Of a DNA stretch of 64,000 nt, positions 48,301 through 60,459 are shown one piece after another. This DNA is from Psammoneis japonica. Its lineage: Eukaryota. The position numbers were made by a program, and so were the translations under genes. The notes beneath the pieces were generated by a model. It was not told the origin of the DNA, did no database searches, and saw only the letters and a list, made by a program, of their open reading frames with translations. The stretch lies in assembly GCA_008632985.1 (NCBI GenBank), contig QPGO01000152.1, positions 124,001 through 188,000 of the forward strand. The letters run 5' to 3'. Position 1 is the stretch's first letter, and each line of letters starts with the position of its first letter.

Positions 48301-48938
48301 GGCGGTTTAACCACGCCGTTCGAAGTGTACTAGGAACCATACGAATCCAAGATCTTGTGCTGAATTTTTTCTGTGTAACGACAGATATTCAAAAACGAGA
48401 GCTTGTGGTGCACTCAAAGGGTTTGCTATGGAAATATGTAAGAGCTTCGATGTCTCTCACTGGGTACCTTCCTCCCGTTTCTGAGGGCGGATCGTTGCTT
48501 GTTGACGGAGGCTACATGAATGTGTTACCGGCAGACGTGATGCGCGAGCAATTCCGCGCAAAAACAGTAATTGCAGTGGATGTTTCGCCTGAAGAAGAGC
48601 GTGACTATCTGGATTACGGTATGCACCTTAGTGGCTGGTGGCTACTTTGGAACAGTTTGAATCCCTTTGTTCACACTGTGAAAGTGCCGTCAATCGGCGA
48701 CATCAGTGACTCGCTTCGATGGGTGGGGTCGGATCACCACAGGAAGAAGATTAAGAACGCCACCGATCTTCATCTCAGTCCTCCGATAAAAGAGTATGGG
48801 ACTTTAGAATACGGCAAGTTCGACGAGATCGTTGAGAAGGGGTATGTTTATGCGAAACCAATTGTTGAGGATTTTGTGAGACGGAATCCAAGGCTTGTTT
48901 CTCGAAATTGGTCAGGTTCTCCGCTGGAAGAAAAATGA
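45372..48938 (+). CDS. NTE1: Neuropathy target esterase / NTE1-type lysophospholipase (cNMP-binding domains plus patatin domain)
   Basis: N-terminal TM helix, three cNMP-like segments, GGGGARG, GTSQG nucleophile, VRASMSL, LVDGGY; start uncertain. Confidence 0.93.
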   Translation: MTTELVDKVKSVGSFTLKLLEGWVWKDTASITSSWRLTNLFVAETTILVTASIIFVLYFWTLNRQAHLKSTKGSTITYKVADKAQYIDSDEDEDEQNGDATKKSTISRRRSSARQALLEYNTEQDDDEFDTDVETESPENKERKRRPSMQQQGLADIVDHIKLFSYLNKEALKICLNYVEVVDVSEGEYLFGRKKYDGSLLAVMSGEVKVYFHDYGLPKEDRMGQDGGSADEFGEVVDFTVGSGHVVTPLLSLLDALVMDQKRKDATLRSTSKSLLLSSGISAVATASGTRVIRIPPRCFSEVLEQFPQEVYRIAQTTVGRVQRIAVLTLVKTLGLRSELLLWDKKEAPIHEGTKLTKWKRIQSVLDERRKEVKVPGQNEKLLDELLRADAAAVAAVQLGCPKEDSKAHALLQEHAKIVNLAAGTMIINPSTRQEAVYLLLHGKVEVGLASQQDASSSASSGVDSSLSFQPFRTAKQGALIGTLMCFGNNESIFSAQCYDSGDESESCVLLRIPKHVFHEILSMYPKAMVRCLDLLFNTISPLVHLLNWNSEWDHVEASTSVAKRGSPCDAMFIVLSGRLRAKDRLRSDFPTRRFEEYGRGKCVGEIIGLTESSWPYDVFAVRQCELARVPIKTLVAMISRFPAAGLHFARVIASKVNGRRMKDQPFLVDSIPRSQLATPTGISTSLLPSYGLNLATVAVVSLSSDIDLSSFCSSLVSAFGHIAPTKLMTKALAREQLGEKIYRQRNSMHDLVMTRLLAELEENNRLVVYQADLNYTWWTKLCILQADCILLVVNADRAPEEKRVEKSLAWAFDSMDVRIELVVVGQGDQSTEEPEGDDYELDDDMNVSDKLNNWSEDREWINGHHLVRSPFSRHMLDFHRMCRRVAGISVGLVLGGGGARGLAHLGVIKALQEAGIIIDMVGGTSQGAFIAALYAKSPDNFETLLNASRKMSDKMASMKEKLLDLTLPMTSMFSGRRFNHAVRSVLGTIRIQDLVLNFFCVTTDIQKRELVVHSKGLLWKYVRASMSLTGYLPPVSEGGSLLVDGGYMNVLPADVMREQFRAKTVIAVDVSPEEERDYLDYGMHLSGWWLLWNSLNPFVHTVKVPSIGDISDSLRWVGSDHHRKKIKNATDLHLSPPIKEYGTLEYGKFDEIVEKGYVYAKPIVEDFVRRNPRLVSRNWSGSPLEEK

Positions 48939-49327
48939 CTCCTCAATCTCACAGTGGCAGTAACCCGAGAGGAGAAAGCTAGATGAGCTAACTCGCTAGT
49001 AAACATTATCATCATCCCGCTGCCGAGGCCATCAAACCGAAGAAACCGCATCCGTCCTTTGCACTTTATCGCACTGCAAAAAGTTCAGAACTGTTGCAAG
49101 ATTGGGCGTGCGGAAGTTCCCATGTGCTACCACCTCCAGTCGGGTGGCTTGAAGTTTCAACAAGTTTTAACAGAAGGCTTGTTATTTGAAAGGGGTTCTA
49201 TGTATGTAGCTCCGGTCTTTATGTTACAACCGAATCGATAGCTTAGCATTTGGTAGGTTGTAACAGTTTCAATTTTCATGATTGAGTTTCTTGTCTCCAC
49301 CAATTGTTGCTGGAACGAAATCGAGAA

Positions 49328-50476
49328 TCACTTGTGAATCCAGTCCACTTTGACAATTTTACGTCCCTTGAGGTACTTGTCAATTGACATGGCAGCGATG
49401 CATCCGTCAGAAGAGGCTACTACAACCTGCTTGAACGGCGTATTTCGGATATCACCTATAGCAAAGACTCCTTTGACTGATGTTTCCATATCTTCGTTCA
49501 CAACCACGCCACCGTCTTCCGAGACGTCAACCTTGGACTGAATATAATCCGTGATGGGTTTTGAACCTCCACCCGCCCCATAGATAAACGCCCCTGCTAC
49601 AGGAATGATTTCAGGGTCTTCGGCACCAAATGGCTGGACTTTCACGCCTGTTACACCAGAATCATCTCCCTCTACACCCAAAAGCCGGGTTCTGTCCCAA
49701 TGCTTGACATTGCCTCGATCTAGCAAATCCTCGATAAGTGAATCATCGACATCGTTGTTTCTTTCCACACCCGATGAAGCTATACTCAATGGTGTTTGGG
49801 TGATCCAGTGAACGGTTGACGCAAACTTGGTCAAGAACATTGCTTCTTCCATGGCTTCTCCTGTACCACCAAAGACAGCCACCTCTTCATCGCGGTAGAA
49901 AGCCCCGTCACAGGTAGCACAGTAGCTCACACCTTGACCAAGGTACTTTTCTTCTCCTGGAAAGGGCGGGGACGCCCTCCCCATGGCTCCTGTGGCTAGT
50001 ACAAGAGCCTTGGCCTTGACGGTAACGTCAGGTGTGTAAACCGTCGTACTGTATTTCTCCCCATCTCCTTCTTCAATGTCCACCATGAAAACTTGAGCTC
50101 TTCTGTAATCCGTACCGTAATCAACAGCCTGTTTCCGCATCTGATCTAACAGCTCTTGACCCGTCATACTGCGATCGACGCCGGGATAGTTAGCAATGTG
50201 TGATGTGATCGCTAAGGCACCCACACTTGGATTCTTATCAATGATCACCGTCTTGAGATCTGCTCTCGCCGTGTACAAGGCACATGTGCAACCAGCGGGT
50301 CCACCTCCGACGATAGCCACATCGCACTCAACCATCTCCATGCCCAATCTAGTAGAGCTGCTTGGCTGGAGACTACGACCAACATGATGATGTGTGGTCG
50401 TCGTCTTGACAACAAACGCTGACGACGAGCCGAATGTCAGAGCGACAATGAGCTGTAGTTTCGACACGAGCTGCAT
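49328..50476 (-). CDS. Plastid-targeted flavin thioredoxin reductase (TrxB fold, DTR/FFTR-like)
   Basis: Signal peptide plus SSA-FVV cleavage motif; GGGPAG, IANYPG, LATGA, GVSYCATCDG, FAIGD; C-terminal VDWIHK. Confidence 0.92.
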   Translation of the reverse strand: MQLVSKLQLIVALTFGSSSAFVVKTTTTHHHVGRSLQPSSSTRLGMEMVECDVAIVGGGPAGCTCALYTARADLKTVIIDKNPSVGALAITSHIANYPGVDRSMTGQELLDQMRKQAVDYGTDYRRAQVFMVDIEEGDGEKYSTTVYTPDVTVKAKALVLATGAMGRASPPFPGEEKYLGQGVSYCATCDGAFYRDEEVAVFGGTGEAMEEAMFLTKFASTVHWITQTPLSIASSGVERNNDVDDSLIEDLLDRGNVKHWDRTRLLGVEGDDSGVTGVKVQPFGAEDPEIIPVAGAFIYGAGGGSKPITDYIQSKVDVSEDGGVVVNEDMETSVKGVFAIGDIRNTPFKQVVVASSDGCIAAMSIDKYLKGRKIVKVDWIHK

Positions 50477-50617
50477 GCTGGGAGGGTAAAAAACGAAAAA
50501 CGAGAAGCAGTGTGGAGACAACCTTCAGGCTTGCACTACCATTGCCGATTTCCTTATCACAAGAAGTAATGATTTTTTGATGATTGACGAAGCTGGAAGC
50601 CGAAGGTGCGATCCGAA

Positions 50618-50831
50618 GATCTGGGGGACGTCTTCGGAAGTGAGACTGTCGAAGAAAGTTACGTAGATTTTGTACTAAAACAGTCTGTCAATCAGTGCGA
50701 TTGGGTATTTGGGACCTCTGGACAGATCCTACGTGTTTTTTTTTGCGTACAAATTGTACTGGGAAAACCCCAAACGCACTGGCGATCAGACCGCCTTCGA
50801 CGATCTCACTTCCAAAGACGCCCCCCAGATC
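50618..50831. mobile_element. MITE-like inverted-repeat element upstream of the thioredoxin reductase
   Basis: 37-bp arms at 50618-50654 and 50795-50831 (4 mismatches by eye), plus an inner imperfect arm pair. Confidence 0.55.
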
Positions 50832-50929
50832 GACACCAACGTTCTTCGCGTCGCATACGTCATTGGCGTCACTGTGAGCGTTTCCTGCTGGCGGTGAAAA
50901 AGCGCGCGCAAATCTCGTCAAGACATTTT

Positions 50930-52250
50930 AGGTGCATGGACTTTTAAAATGCCAAATGCTGAAAAACTAAAAAGCCATGAGAGATGCGATGATGAGAGCA
51001 GAGAGTGTGGTCTCAGCAGCAGAGCAAGTAGAGATGAGGCAGAACACTGCACATGAGTCAGGAAGATGCAGAGCAAAACTGCAAAATGCGGGGCACCAGA
51101 GCAAACTCTGTTGCGTGTGCTGGCAACACGCACCCCAGAGGCAAAGAGCCCAGAGCACCTGGGGGGTTTTTGATCGCAAGGAAGTGGTCAGCCCAAGACA
51201 AGGAAGAAACACAAGGAACAATCTTTGTGCTAAGATCTGTGGTAGAATCCCATGCACTGGTGGATTGTGATGTCAGCTGTGGTGCTGCACGTGCTTTTGA
51301 TGCGCAGCTGTCAGCGGCGACAAGCCCGCAAGCCATCCGGCGCTGCAAGTGCCATCACCACAGGGAACAGAACTCATCATGACAGCCATTGTCAATGATA
51401 GACAACGCAGGCAGCCAGAGAAAGCTCAAGGAGCTTTTTGTTGACAGGTGCATCTGTTGAACAACTCTGCTCCCAACTTGAGCTTGTTGCGGACTCAACT
51501 TTGGAGAGAGCACACTGGAAGTCAACATGGGAGCATGTTGTCTCTTTGTCCTGAAAAATGTGGTGCCCAGCCAAAGGTGTCTGCCTTGCTCATTGAGTGC
51601 AGTGTGTTGAAACAATGTGTCAGCAGCTGCAGGCTCCAGAAAAGTTGGCCGCTGGATGAAACCATCATGTCAGCTGCAGCAGCTGCACAGCCCAGCAAAT
51701 CAGGGCAATTGATTTTTCCTCATCTGGTTTCCTTGACTTTCCTCATCTGAGGAACATCAGGGTTAAATGAAAAGAGTTCCCTGCAACAAAAAAACTGGGC
51801 TGAGCCAGAGGAAGAAGTTTTGTCCCCACTGTCTTCGCGCACAAAGCTGCCCACTCCTCTCAGTGCCTCAGCTTGTCCACATCTTTCTTGGCGGCCTGGC
51901 AGCCCACAACAAATAAACAAGTGCAGCTTTGGCTCACAATGTGGTGCAACCAGAAAACAGCATTGGCATCATCTTTCTTGGTGGCCTCGCAGCCTGCAAC
52001 AACCCAAGCAAGCGCAGCTTCGGCTCACACTGTGGTGCAACCCAGCCAGAAAACAGCCTTGAACTGGCATCTTTCTTGGTGGCCTGGCAGCCCACAACAA
52101 CCCAAACAAGCACAGCTTTGGCTCACACTGTGACGCAACCAGAAAACAGCCTTGGCGTCTGATCACGGCTCTTCACACACAGCATGCTTTTGTGAGCGGC
52201 CCAGCCATTGTTGTTTGGACATCCACACACATCACGACCAGTGGCTGCTT
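50930..52250. repeat. Small TpA/CpG-depleted repeat island with a three-copy ~90-bp tandem repeat
   Basis: CATCTTTCTTGG(C/T)GGCCT...CAGAAAACAGC units at ~51880, 51970 and 52068. Confidence 0.75.
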
Positions 52251-52276
52251 TACGTACAGTATTAGTAGCACTGAGT

Positions 52277-54159
52277 ATGCTACCGGAGGACTCAACCGGT
52301 CCCGGCGTCCGTGACTGAAATTTCACCACGGTGAAGCACGAGAGTCGAATAATTCGATTGGACTCAACCGGTCCCGATTTTGCATTGAAAACGGCATGTT
52401 GTACTTTGATGCATCTCGCCATGGCATACATCGTTGGGTCGATGTATCTTTCATGTGGGATCTTTTTCTATCGTTGTTATAAAGAGGTTGATGCATTGGT
52501 TTGGTTTCCTGGGGGCTTTGATGGCGACACACGGTACAAACGGTTGCGTGCCTCGACTCGTGACTCGATTGCTGCACGGTACGGGTGACATCTGAATGGT
52601 CGACAACGTTGCCGTGGTAAGTTCTTTCTGTGTTTTCTCATTTTATACCGTTTATCTACTCACTAAAGATGTTGTTTGTGCTTTGTTACAGCTTCATAGG
52701 AGGATATATCGTCTCGTACGGTCGATTATTGCATCTGCAATATTGGCATCTTTTTCACGTCGTCGTCATCACAAAAGCGCATCCGTTTGGGAGCCTTGTG
52801 CTTCATCCCACTCCACATCTTTTGGTACATCTATTTTTACTATTTATTTGGACTTGTGACAAGCTTGATATGTTTTTGAAGGTCTTGGTCGGCTCGCAAT
52901 CACAGCATGTCGTTTTTCGGCGATAACAATTTCTTGAAAGTGCATGCCGTGGGAACAAAACGATGCGATGGAGTCTCGGGGATACTCACGACATTGGCAT
53001 TTGTCAGACAGCCTTTCCATAGTCCAAAGAAGGTAACCCTGTGAGCATGTTGTGATTGATTGAGTTTTGGACTCGTTTTGACGAAACTTGCATACCTCAC
53101 GAGCCTTTTTTGGTGCGTCTCGATCATGCGCACAGGTGTCTGGTCCTTTTTGACCCTTTCCACCTACCCTTCAACCGCATTATCATCATTATCTAAGACA
53201 CAATATTGTCCACGTTATTTTGGGAGATCTTTGTGGTGTAACTACGACTCTAGGCTTTGCAATGGGTAAAATGGGAAGGTTGAGGCTTGTGTTGGCGGGT
53301 TCATCGCCTCCTCTTGAATGCGCGGATGCCACGAACCGCTGATGTTACTTGGGGGCATAAAAATTAGTAAGGCGACTCAGCTCTACATTTAAAAGGTGCC
53401 CTAGTGAGTATACTGTGACATGTAACCCCAATGGATTATTATTGTGTACGTTGTTCCACTCATATTTTCATTTTGCCTGTCATTTTCCAGTGTGACTGTC
53501 GTTGACCGTTAAAGCTTGCAGTGGCATTTCCAGGCCCATGTTCTACATGACAGATATCTTTTGATACTCTTTGCTCATATGGGGAAATCAGATCCTGGAG
53601 CACTCAGTTCCTAGTCGGGTGTAGAGAGGTACAAGTGCAATGGATGAAATTTGGACCAGGGCACAGATGGAGTTGGGGCGAACATGCTGTTTCTTCTCGC
53701 TGGTAGAGTTAGTTAGTGTGGGTGTGCGTGCGGATGGCCTCTCTATTTAGGGCTACTACTCTCTAGAGTGCTACAGTGCCACTCTAGAGTAGAACTTGGC
53801 GCAAAAGGTAAGAGATCAATTTTTTTGTGATTTTCGACTCGTCGCGGCATCTTCGGCGTTGTCCGTTGACGACGATAAGCAATCCATTGAAATGACTTAT
53901 AGACTTATAGCATTTTGTTGTTCTTTAGAGATATGATTGTATAGCTTCTAGTATTCTAGCTTTCTTCAAGGGTAGGATTGTATCGCATGTCCTTCGAGAA
54001 GAAGTCGCTTTGCGTTATCATTGCGTTGTGGCGGCACTCTCAAACTCATCCATCGCGGCGGCTTGTGCGTAGGGCTACGTACTAATTCTAGCGAGCGTCC
54101 GTCAGTCAGCCGGCGGGACCGGTTGAGGCAGCGGGACCGGTTGAGTCCGCCGGTAGTAT
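52277..54159. mobile_element. Non-autonomous TIR element (~1.9 kb)
   Basis: 28-bp TIRs at 52277-52304 and 54132-54159; subterminal repeats of CTCAACCGGTCCCG; imperfect flank duplication GTAGCACTGAGT / GTAGCACGAGC. Confidence 0.65.
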
Positions 54160-54392
54160 GTAGCACGAGCAATGCCTGTAAGCGCGCAATCGTGACGTGG
54201 CGGACGAAACCCAGCACACCCAGCCAATCAAAAAGCACGCACAGAAAAAATGACCACCACCTCGCTCGCTCGCTCATTATCACTCACTCACATCGCCATT
54301 TTGCAAGTGCCGAAGTGCCGAAAGCGGTGTCAGAATAGTGGCGCTGTTGCGGGTTGCTGCCAGTTGATGCATCGATCAGGCAGCTCAAGAAG

Positions 54393-54623
54393 ATGGATCT
54401 CACCGCTCAAGTTGGCGCCCTTGTCGGGACTAGTTTAATTCTATACTTTGCGACAGGCCCACGTGAAAAGGGACAGAATGAGGATGAGATGTGGATAAAG
54501 GAAGTACAGGAAGGCACGCAGTTAAGAGGGGCTTTCCGATATTCTCCCTACCATCGCAAAGACTCTCTACGACGACAGCTTTCATCCTTGAGTTCCGATA
54601 CAACGGGCTCATTAGCTAGTTAA
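54393..54623 (+). CDS. Small (76-aa) single-pass membrane protein, hypothetical
   Basis: ATG start, hydrophobic VGALVGTSLILYFA segment, charged tail, located in a normal-composition block. Confidence 0.45.
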   Translation: MDLTAQVGALVGTSLILYFATGPREKGQNEDEMWIKEVQEGTQLRGAFRYSPYHRKDSLRRQLSSLSSDTTGSLAS

Positions 54624-54906
54624 GTTAAGAGGGATCGTTTTGCGACGAGAGACGTAGAAGTCGGACAAGCGTCTTTCAGGAACTGGTCGCTGATTGTACA
54701 TAAGAGATCCCCGAGGAGAAGAGGCGAGAGTAAGAGATGGCGCACGTGAAAGTGGCGATTGAAACGGCAAATTTCTATCTCTTGCCATGATGAATACGAA
54801 GTAATAACTGCTATGATAGACTACATGTCACAGTGTCACTTCTGTCTAATCGAAAGTCGGACTTAACAGCGATTGCGAATGCGGGCTCACACATGACGTC
54901 CTGCTA

Positions 54907-57900
54907 TCACGCATCATCTACCCCTAATTTCCAGTCCGTTTTCTGGCCAACCTCGTATATAGTGTTCAGTGCCTGCTCGAACCTTCCTTCCTTCTTCAGT
55001 TCTAGTGCCCTATGATAGAGTTTGTAGGCTGTCCCTGCATCCTCGATCGAATCGTGAGTGTCCTGCTGCATATCGTGACCCAACACGTGATTAGCTAGGA
55101 ATCGGAGAGAAATGAACCTCATCTTGTCCTTGTGGAAAATATCTACAGTGTCAATGATCTGACGAGGCGGAACAAACAAGTTGACCATGAAGAAGTCTTG
55201 CCTCAGACCGTGCCCCACAAAAATGCAACCTCTGAGAGCGCAATTCGACGCAGGGGAAGATAGTAAGCACAGCTTTTCCCAGACACAATAACACAGCAAC
55301 CGCATTCTCACCTCTGTAGAAGGAGACGAAGCTTTAGGTACGCAGTGCGCATTGACACAAGATGATGAGGACTCCGTTTTGGGTCTAGATCACGGGCGAC
55401 GATCCCGCTAAATCTTGTGAGATAATCTACAACGGGTTCGTGCGGAAGAACATAGTCATCTATGATGACAGTTCCGTCCCGGCAATCAATGACCGACATT
55501 CTCGCAAGAGTGCTACGCGCTTCTCTAACAGTAACCTTGGAACCTGTGGCAGTTAGAATAGATTTCTCTTCTTGCACTGACACGAACTCAGCATCAAAAG
55601 CGATTAAATCACCGTCACCTGGGAGGTCTGCAATACGAACAAAGAGCAGTGCTGAATCAAAAACATTCAAAAAAGGAGTTGCGCAGCTGCATAGTACTCA
55701 CCCTCGACACTTTGGAAAGTGTACGGCGGTGGTTTGCCATTCCCGATAGACCGTGTGTTCATAACGACAACAGGGGACAAAGGATTATTCTCCACCTCTT
55801 CGTCTAATTCTGCCTCATTCTCCTCATCTCCTTGCCCTTCGTCGACCGCGCGATAAATTACAAGACACGGTTCCTTGAATGGGACGTGAAAAGCCCTTGC
55901 ATCTTCGACGACAGTGTCGGTGACAACATAGCCATTGAACATCACCCAATCGTCCTCAGTGCTGCTGTCGACTTCCTCCAACCGATCTCTCACCATCTCC
56001 GCTCGTTTCAAGAACACTTCCTTGCTTGTGCCAGCAGTTTGTGTTAAATGCCGGAAAGGCTGGTCATCGTCAGGCAAAGCAGCATCTGCAGATACGGCTG
56101 ATTCGGCAATTTGCTCTGCTCGGTCAATCTGGGAACTAAGAACTCGCTTCTTGTAGACCCGAGGAACACGGCAATGTAAGATATGGTGGCCATTATATTT
56201 CTCTTTCTCGGCAGACTCCGAATCATCATGGATGAACGACAGGACCGCATCGAGTCTATACTGAACTTCCCTGCCGTGCTCTCGGCCATTTGTCAATACA
56301 TCAGAAACGGCCCTTGGCAATTTCGACTTGCCACTACACGACCTCCAGGATTTCTGTTCCGGAGCTTCACCATCCTCTTGTAGTTCGCTTACCACCACAT
56401 TCCCGTCCTCCTGCAGTTCCACCTTGACGAATTCGGGCAAAAAGTGTCCGTGTTTAGAATCACCGGATCGCCACACAGACAGTCCGTCATCAGCGCCTCT
56501 CTTTCCAGAACACGAACATGAAAGCGCAAGAACCTTGGGAAGTGATGAAGCAATCTTTCTCTGTACCACAGTTTCATATGAGTTCGAGGTTTTGTTCCAT
56601 GCTCGAAGTCGCGATTCCTTACAGAGGGAGTAACGGAGAATCTCCCTAAACGACGAAGCGTTCCATCCAGAGTTCGGAAGCGGTTCAACGGCCAACTCCA
56701 CTGTCAAAGCCCTAGAGGAAGATACTGAAGGAGGTCCCGAACCCGAAATGAACTCGTTGATGCTGGTGAAACTAAGTCCGTATAGTGAATCAATAAGCTT
56801 TGCATTGGTGGACGAGTCTCCTGACAGATCTCTATCGAGACGATGAAGCAGAAACCTGAAAAATGCTTCTGGACGACGAGCTGTTTCCACCGCAGCCGGC
56901 GCTCCATCCAAGAGCGCAAGGGCTGATGCCTCTGGCGTGACTGTAAACGCTGTCAAGAAATTATAAGGAACGAATGCGCCAACCTTTGCTTTCAGGGAAT
57001 CGTGTGGGCTGCTATTGTCGTTGGGATGGGTAAGGGCGTTCGAACTGATACTTTCAATCTGGTTGAATAGGAATCCTAATTCAGGAGAGAGAGTCGGTGC
57101 CTTCTCGGACGATTTCATGAAGTTTAAGCGACTGTCATGCTGAGATTTGAGGATGGCAGCTCTAATTTCTGGAACAAAATAAGCCAACACCAGAACAGAC
57201 GGAACAAAAGAATTTGGCATTGTATGAGGATACTCCCATCCAGGCCAAAGACCCGTGTTGTTGAATTGAGCATGATCGAAGTACGAAGCACCAATATGAG
57301 TTGGCCTCATGGTAAGGGCATATCGAGGAGGAATTTCGCCTTCATCATCAATCTCTCCGGAACCACCCTTTATTTTCAAGGAGAACGAATCAGTGAGAAA
57401 CAGAAAACAGAAGGAAAGCCCGCGTTGTTTGTACTCACAACTGCCCCGTCATTCCACGATCCCTTCTGCCTTTCACCCCATTTTTTCTTCCCGGCATCCA
57501 CGACTACATCGTAGCAAATACGAACATGCTCCTCAGAGTATATCAACTTGTTCGGATTGGGCAAGGGTTCCATCTCACTATCTGAATCGTTCTCGAGTAA
57601 ACGTAACTTGAGTTCGGAGGTGGGAACAGTAGCAAGATAGTCGTTGTCAACTTTTGTAGTAGCATTCATGACTTCCGAAGAAACATTCCTCTTTGGAGTA
57701 GTCAACAGCGCTTTCTTCGCTAGAGGACCAAATGAATTGTGGTGGTGGCGTCGATCACCGTTTCCCAACGGTGTAAGAGTAGGTTCTGCTAGAAATGTAT
57801 AGAGGGAAAATGCAGCCTTGTTTGGACCATTTTCTCTTATAAGAGTTCTGGGGTCAATGGGAAGTGGTGGTACCGGGGGATCAAATGACGGCATCACCAG

Positions 57901-59613
57901 GGGTTCACGTTGATTCGGATCGGACGGGGTCCCTCTTGCACCTGCACCGCCGCGCGGCATTTGACCCGTCATGTCACTGGCTCCTGACGGCACGAATTCG
58001 CTTCCCATATTCCCAAACGCATGCGTCGTAGCCTCGTATCCCGACATGCGATATTGCAGCAAGTTGCTTCGAGAAGTGCCAAGCGCCATGCTGGGCCCCG
58101 AAATTGCCATTGACGTAATGCTCTCGCCAGGTCCTAGGCTGGGTGCCAAGAAAGATTCAGGAGCACCGTTGCTAGTTTCAAAAGGCGTAATGATTTGCAC
58201 TCCGCCGCCGCTCTGACCACTACATACCAAAACACGGCTGTGACTTTCGTCCTCACTGTTGCCATTGGGTAAGAATGAAACAAGTCGTGGTCCACCCTGC
58301 ATTCCATTGAATGTGTGAACAACACCACCACGGCCCAAGAAGCGTGCGTCGTAGATCATGACAAAGTGATCAGGGTATGCGTAGGGTGTCACTGTGTTGG
58401 AGGATGGTCGAGAGGAGTACCCCGCAGTACAAATTAAATGTCCGTTTTCCGACACTGAGACCGACGTAACTCCGCCGGTATGGCTCTTGATCTTTGCCAG
58501 ATCTAGCCCTCCCCGTTGTCGCCAAGACCCGTCAAAGAGACGTATCGTTCCATCAGAACAGCCCGCCACTATTGCTTGCTTTTGATGATTTGTGGCCATG
58601 GACGTAACTGCAAAAGAATCGTTGTTGCTGTCAGTCTTGAACCCGTGCGACGAAATTATTCGTAATCCCTGATACAGATCCATGCAGTGGGCGTGTTGTG
58701 ATTTGTAAGCCCCCCAAGCTGCTCCACCCACAGTCATGTGCGTCATTGTGCCCCCATCACTAGGGTGCGGTGTGCCGGCCATCATGCCCGACATATCTTG
58801 ATCGCTAACAACCAATCCACCCTGACTGTGCACACGAACAGCAGACGGCGAAACCGACGCAATGTATCCTTCAAAAGGGATTAGTGTCCGAATACCCATT
58901 TGGCACTGTGAAGATGTCAAGGGCGAGACATATGGCGCAGTCTCAACGTCAGATATCCCACCGCAGTAAGGTGGACGGTATGCATGAGGCGGTCTTCGTT
59001 GCTGAGTCCCTCGCGACACCACGCTGCTGGACGAATCAAAATTGTAAATGGTTTTCATGAGAGATTTCAAAACCGCCGAGTCAGCCTCTGGATGTCCGGC
59101 ACATGACGAATATAACATGCCGTCTGTTAAGCTATGAGTAACCAAGAGAGATGCTCTGTTTGTTTGTTGGCCTACTGGACGCCGCTTGCCTGAATGTCCC
59201 ATTGACTGCGTGTGCGATGCGACGTGTATCGCAGCAGACACATCATTGTAAGCTACGGCACTGACGGGAGCTCCGTATAGTTCTGGGATCAAGGGAGCGA
59301 CAGGATAATAACAACCAGGTGGGACTGATGCTTCTGGATTAGCGAGTTGCTGCTGTTGATCTAGCATTTCTGGATGATGATTCCAGTCACCGTACGAATC
59401 CGGGTGGTATTCTTGCAGCTGCGGAGCATACTGGTACCCAGAATCATCATAATACGCCTCCCCTCCACCCATTCCTGGCTGACTCATATACTGGGGTGGT
59501 TGTTGAGCTCCATAGTATGCATCATGATGATCTGCGGGGTTGTTGTTGGGCGGATAGTATGCACCTCCACCGCCGACGTTGTTTGGGTCAAAGTTGGAAG
59601 CGTTGGCGTTCAT
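54907..59613 (-). CDS. PAN2: PAN2 poly(A) deadenylase catalytic subunit (WD40, pseudo-UCH, DEDD nuclease)
   Basis: IAFDAEFV, LARMSVI, IDDY, DYLTRFSGI, FVGHGL..DF, SLRFLA, HDSIEDA; introns 57368-57438, 55628-55701 and 55232-55311. Confidence 0.93.
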
Positions 59614-60459
59614 GTTTCGTGAAACTTCGACCCCAACAATTTCCTAATCACAAATAGACCTTGGATGGAAAAGAGAACTTGCAGTGTTAAACCATCCAGC
59701 CGCCATTTAGTAGTCGCAGCCTCAAGATCCTCCGTTGCTCGTTGCTCATGGGTGTCTGGAGTCTTCGATCACTAAATCAAGCTTCATGTAGAACTCACGT
59801 AATTTTTGTACCATGAGTGGATCTTTCGTATTAAGCTACAGAGAATTCCCGGAATTCGGAATCCAAACTATCACAACTGAGAACTGTGTGCGCGCGAAAC
59901 GCACACAATCTGTGCGGCCCATCTATCTTCCCCTCAATTTCCTTTTCCCCTTCCTTTTCCACCCTCAATTCCTCCCTACATCCACAACTCCTCCACATCC
60001 AGTTCGTTTCTTCCTCCAACAACCTCTTTTCTCTTGTGCCCAACCAAATAAAGATTATGCCAGGTAAGGCATGACAGGGCCTAGAGTACAAAAATATAAT
60101 GTGTGAGACAGAAACATCAGGCCATTTCTTCCGGTCATTTCATATTAGTCATTGTGCACCAGTTTGAAAGAACTTTCCTGTGTCACGTAACGGAATAGCA
60201 TTTGTCCAGTGCAAGAACTCATCTTTATTTTATTATTTAGTATCTATATAAAATTTAATGATGAAAATGACCGAAAGATTTCTCCGTAAGCAGTTTTGAA
60301 CACACATGATTCTCCGTGCGTTGAAGTTCACTCCGAGCGTGGAGCGAAATCGTGACCGTGACCGTGACACCTTGGCAAGTACACACAACGTGAGATGAGC
60401 ACTCTCTCACTTCTCCCGAGGATCGCCTCAGTGTCAGAGATAGAGATCGAGAGGATACC

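Noticed and set aside
53750..53795. Short ACTCTAGAGT palindromes
   Set aside because: Too short to support a function; inside a TIR element.
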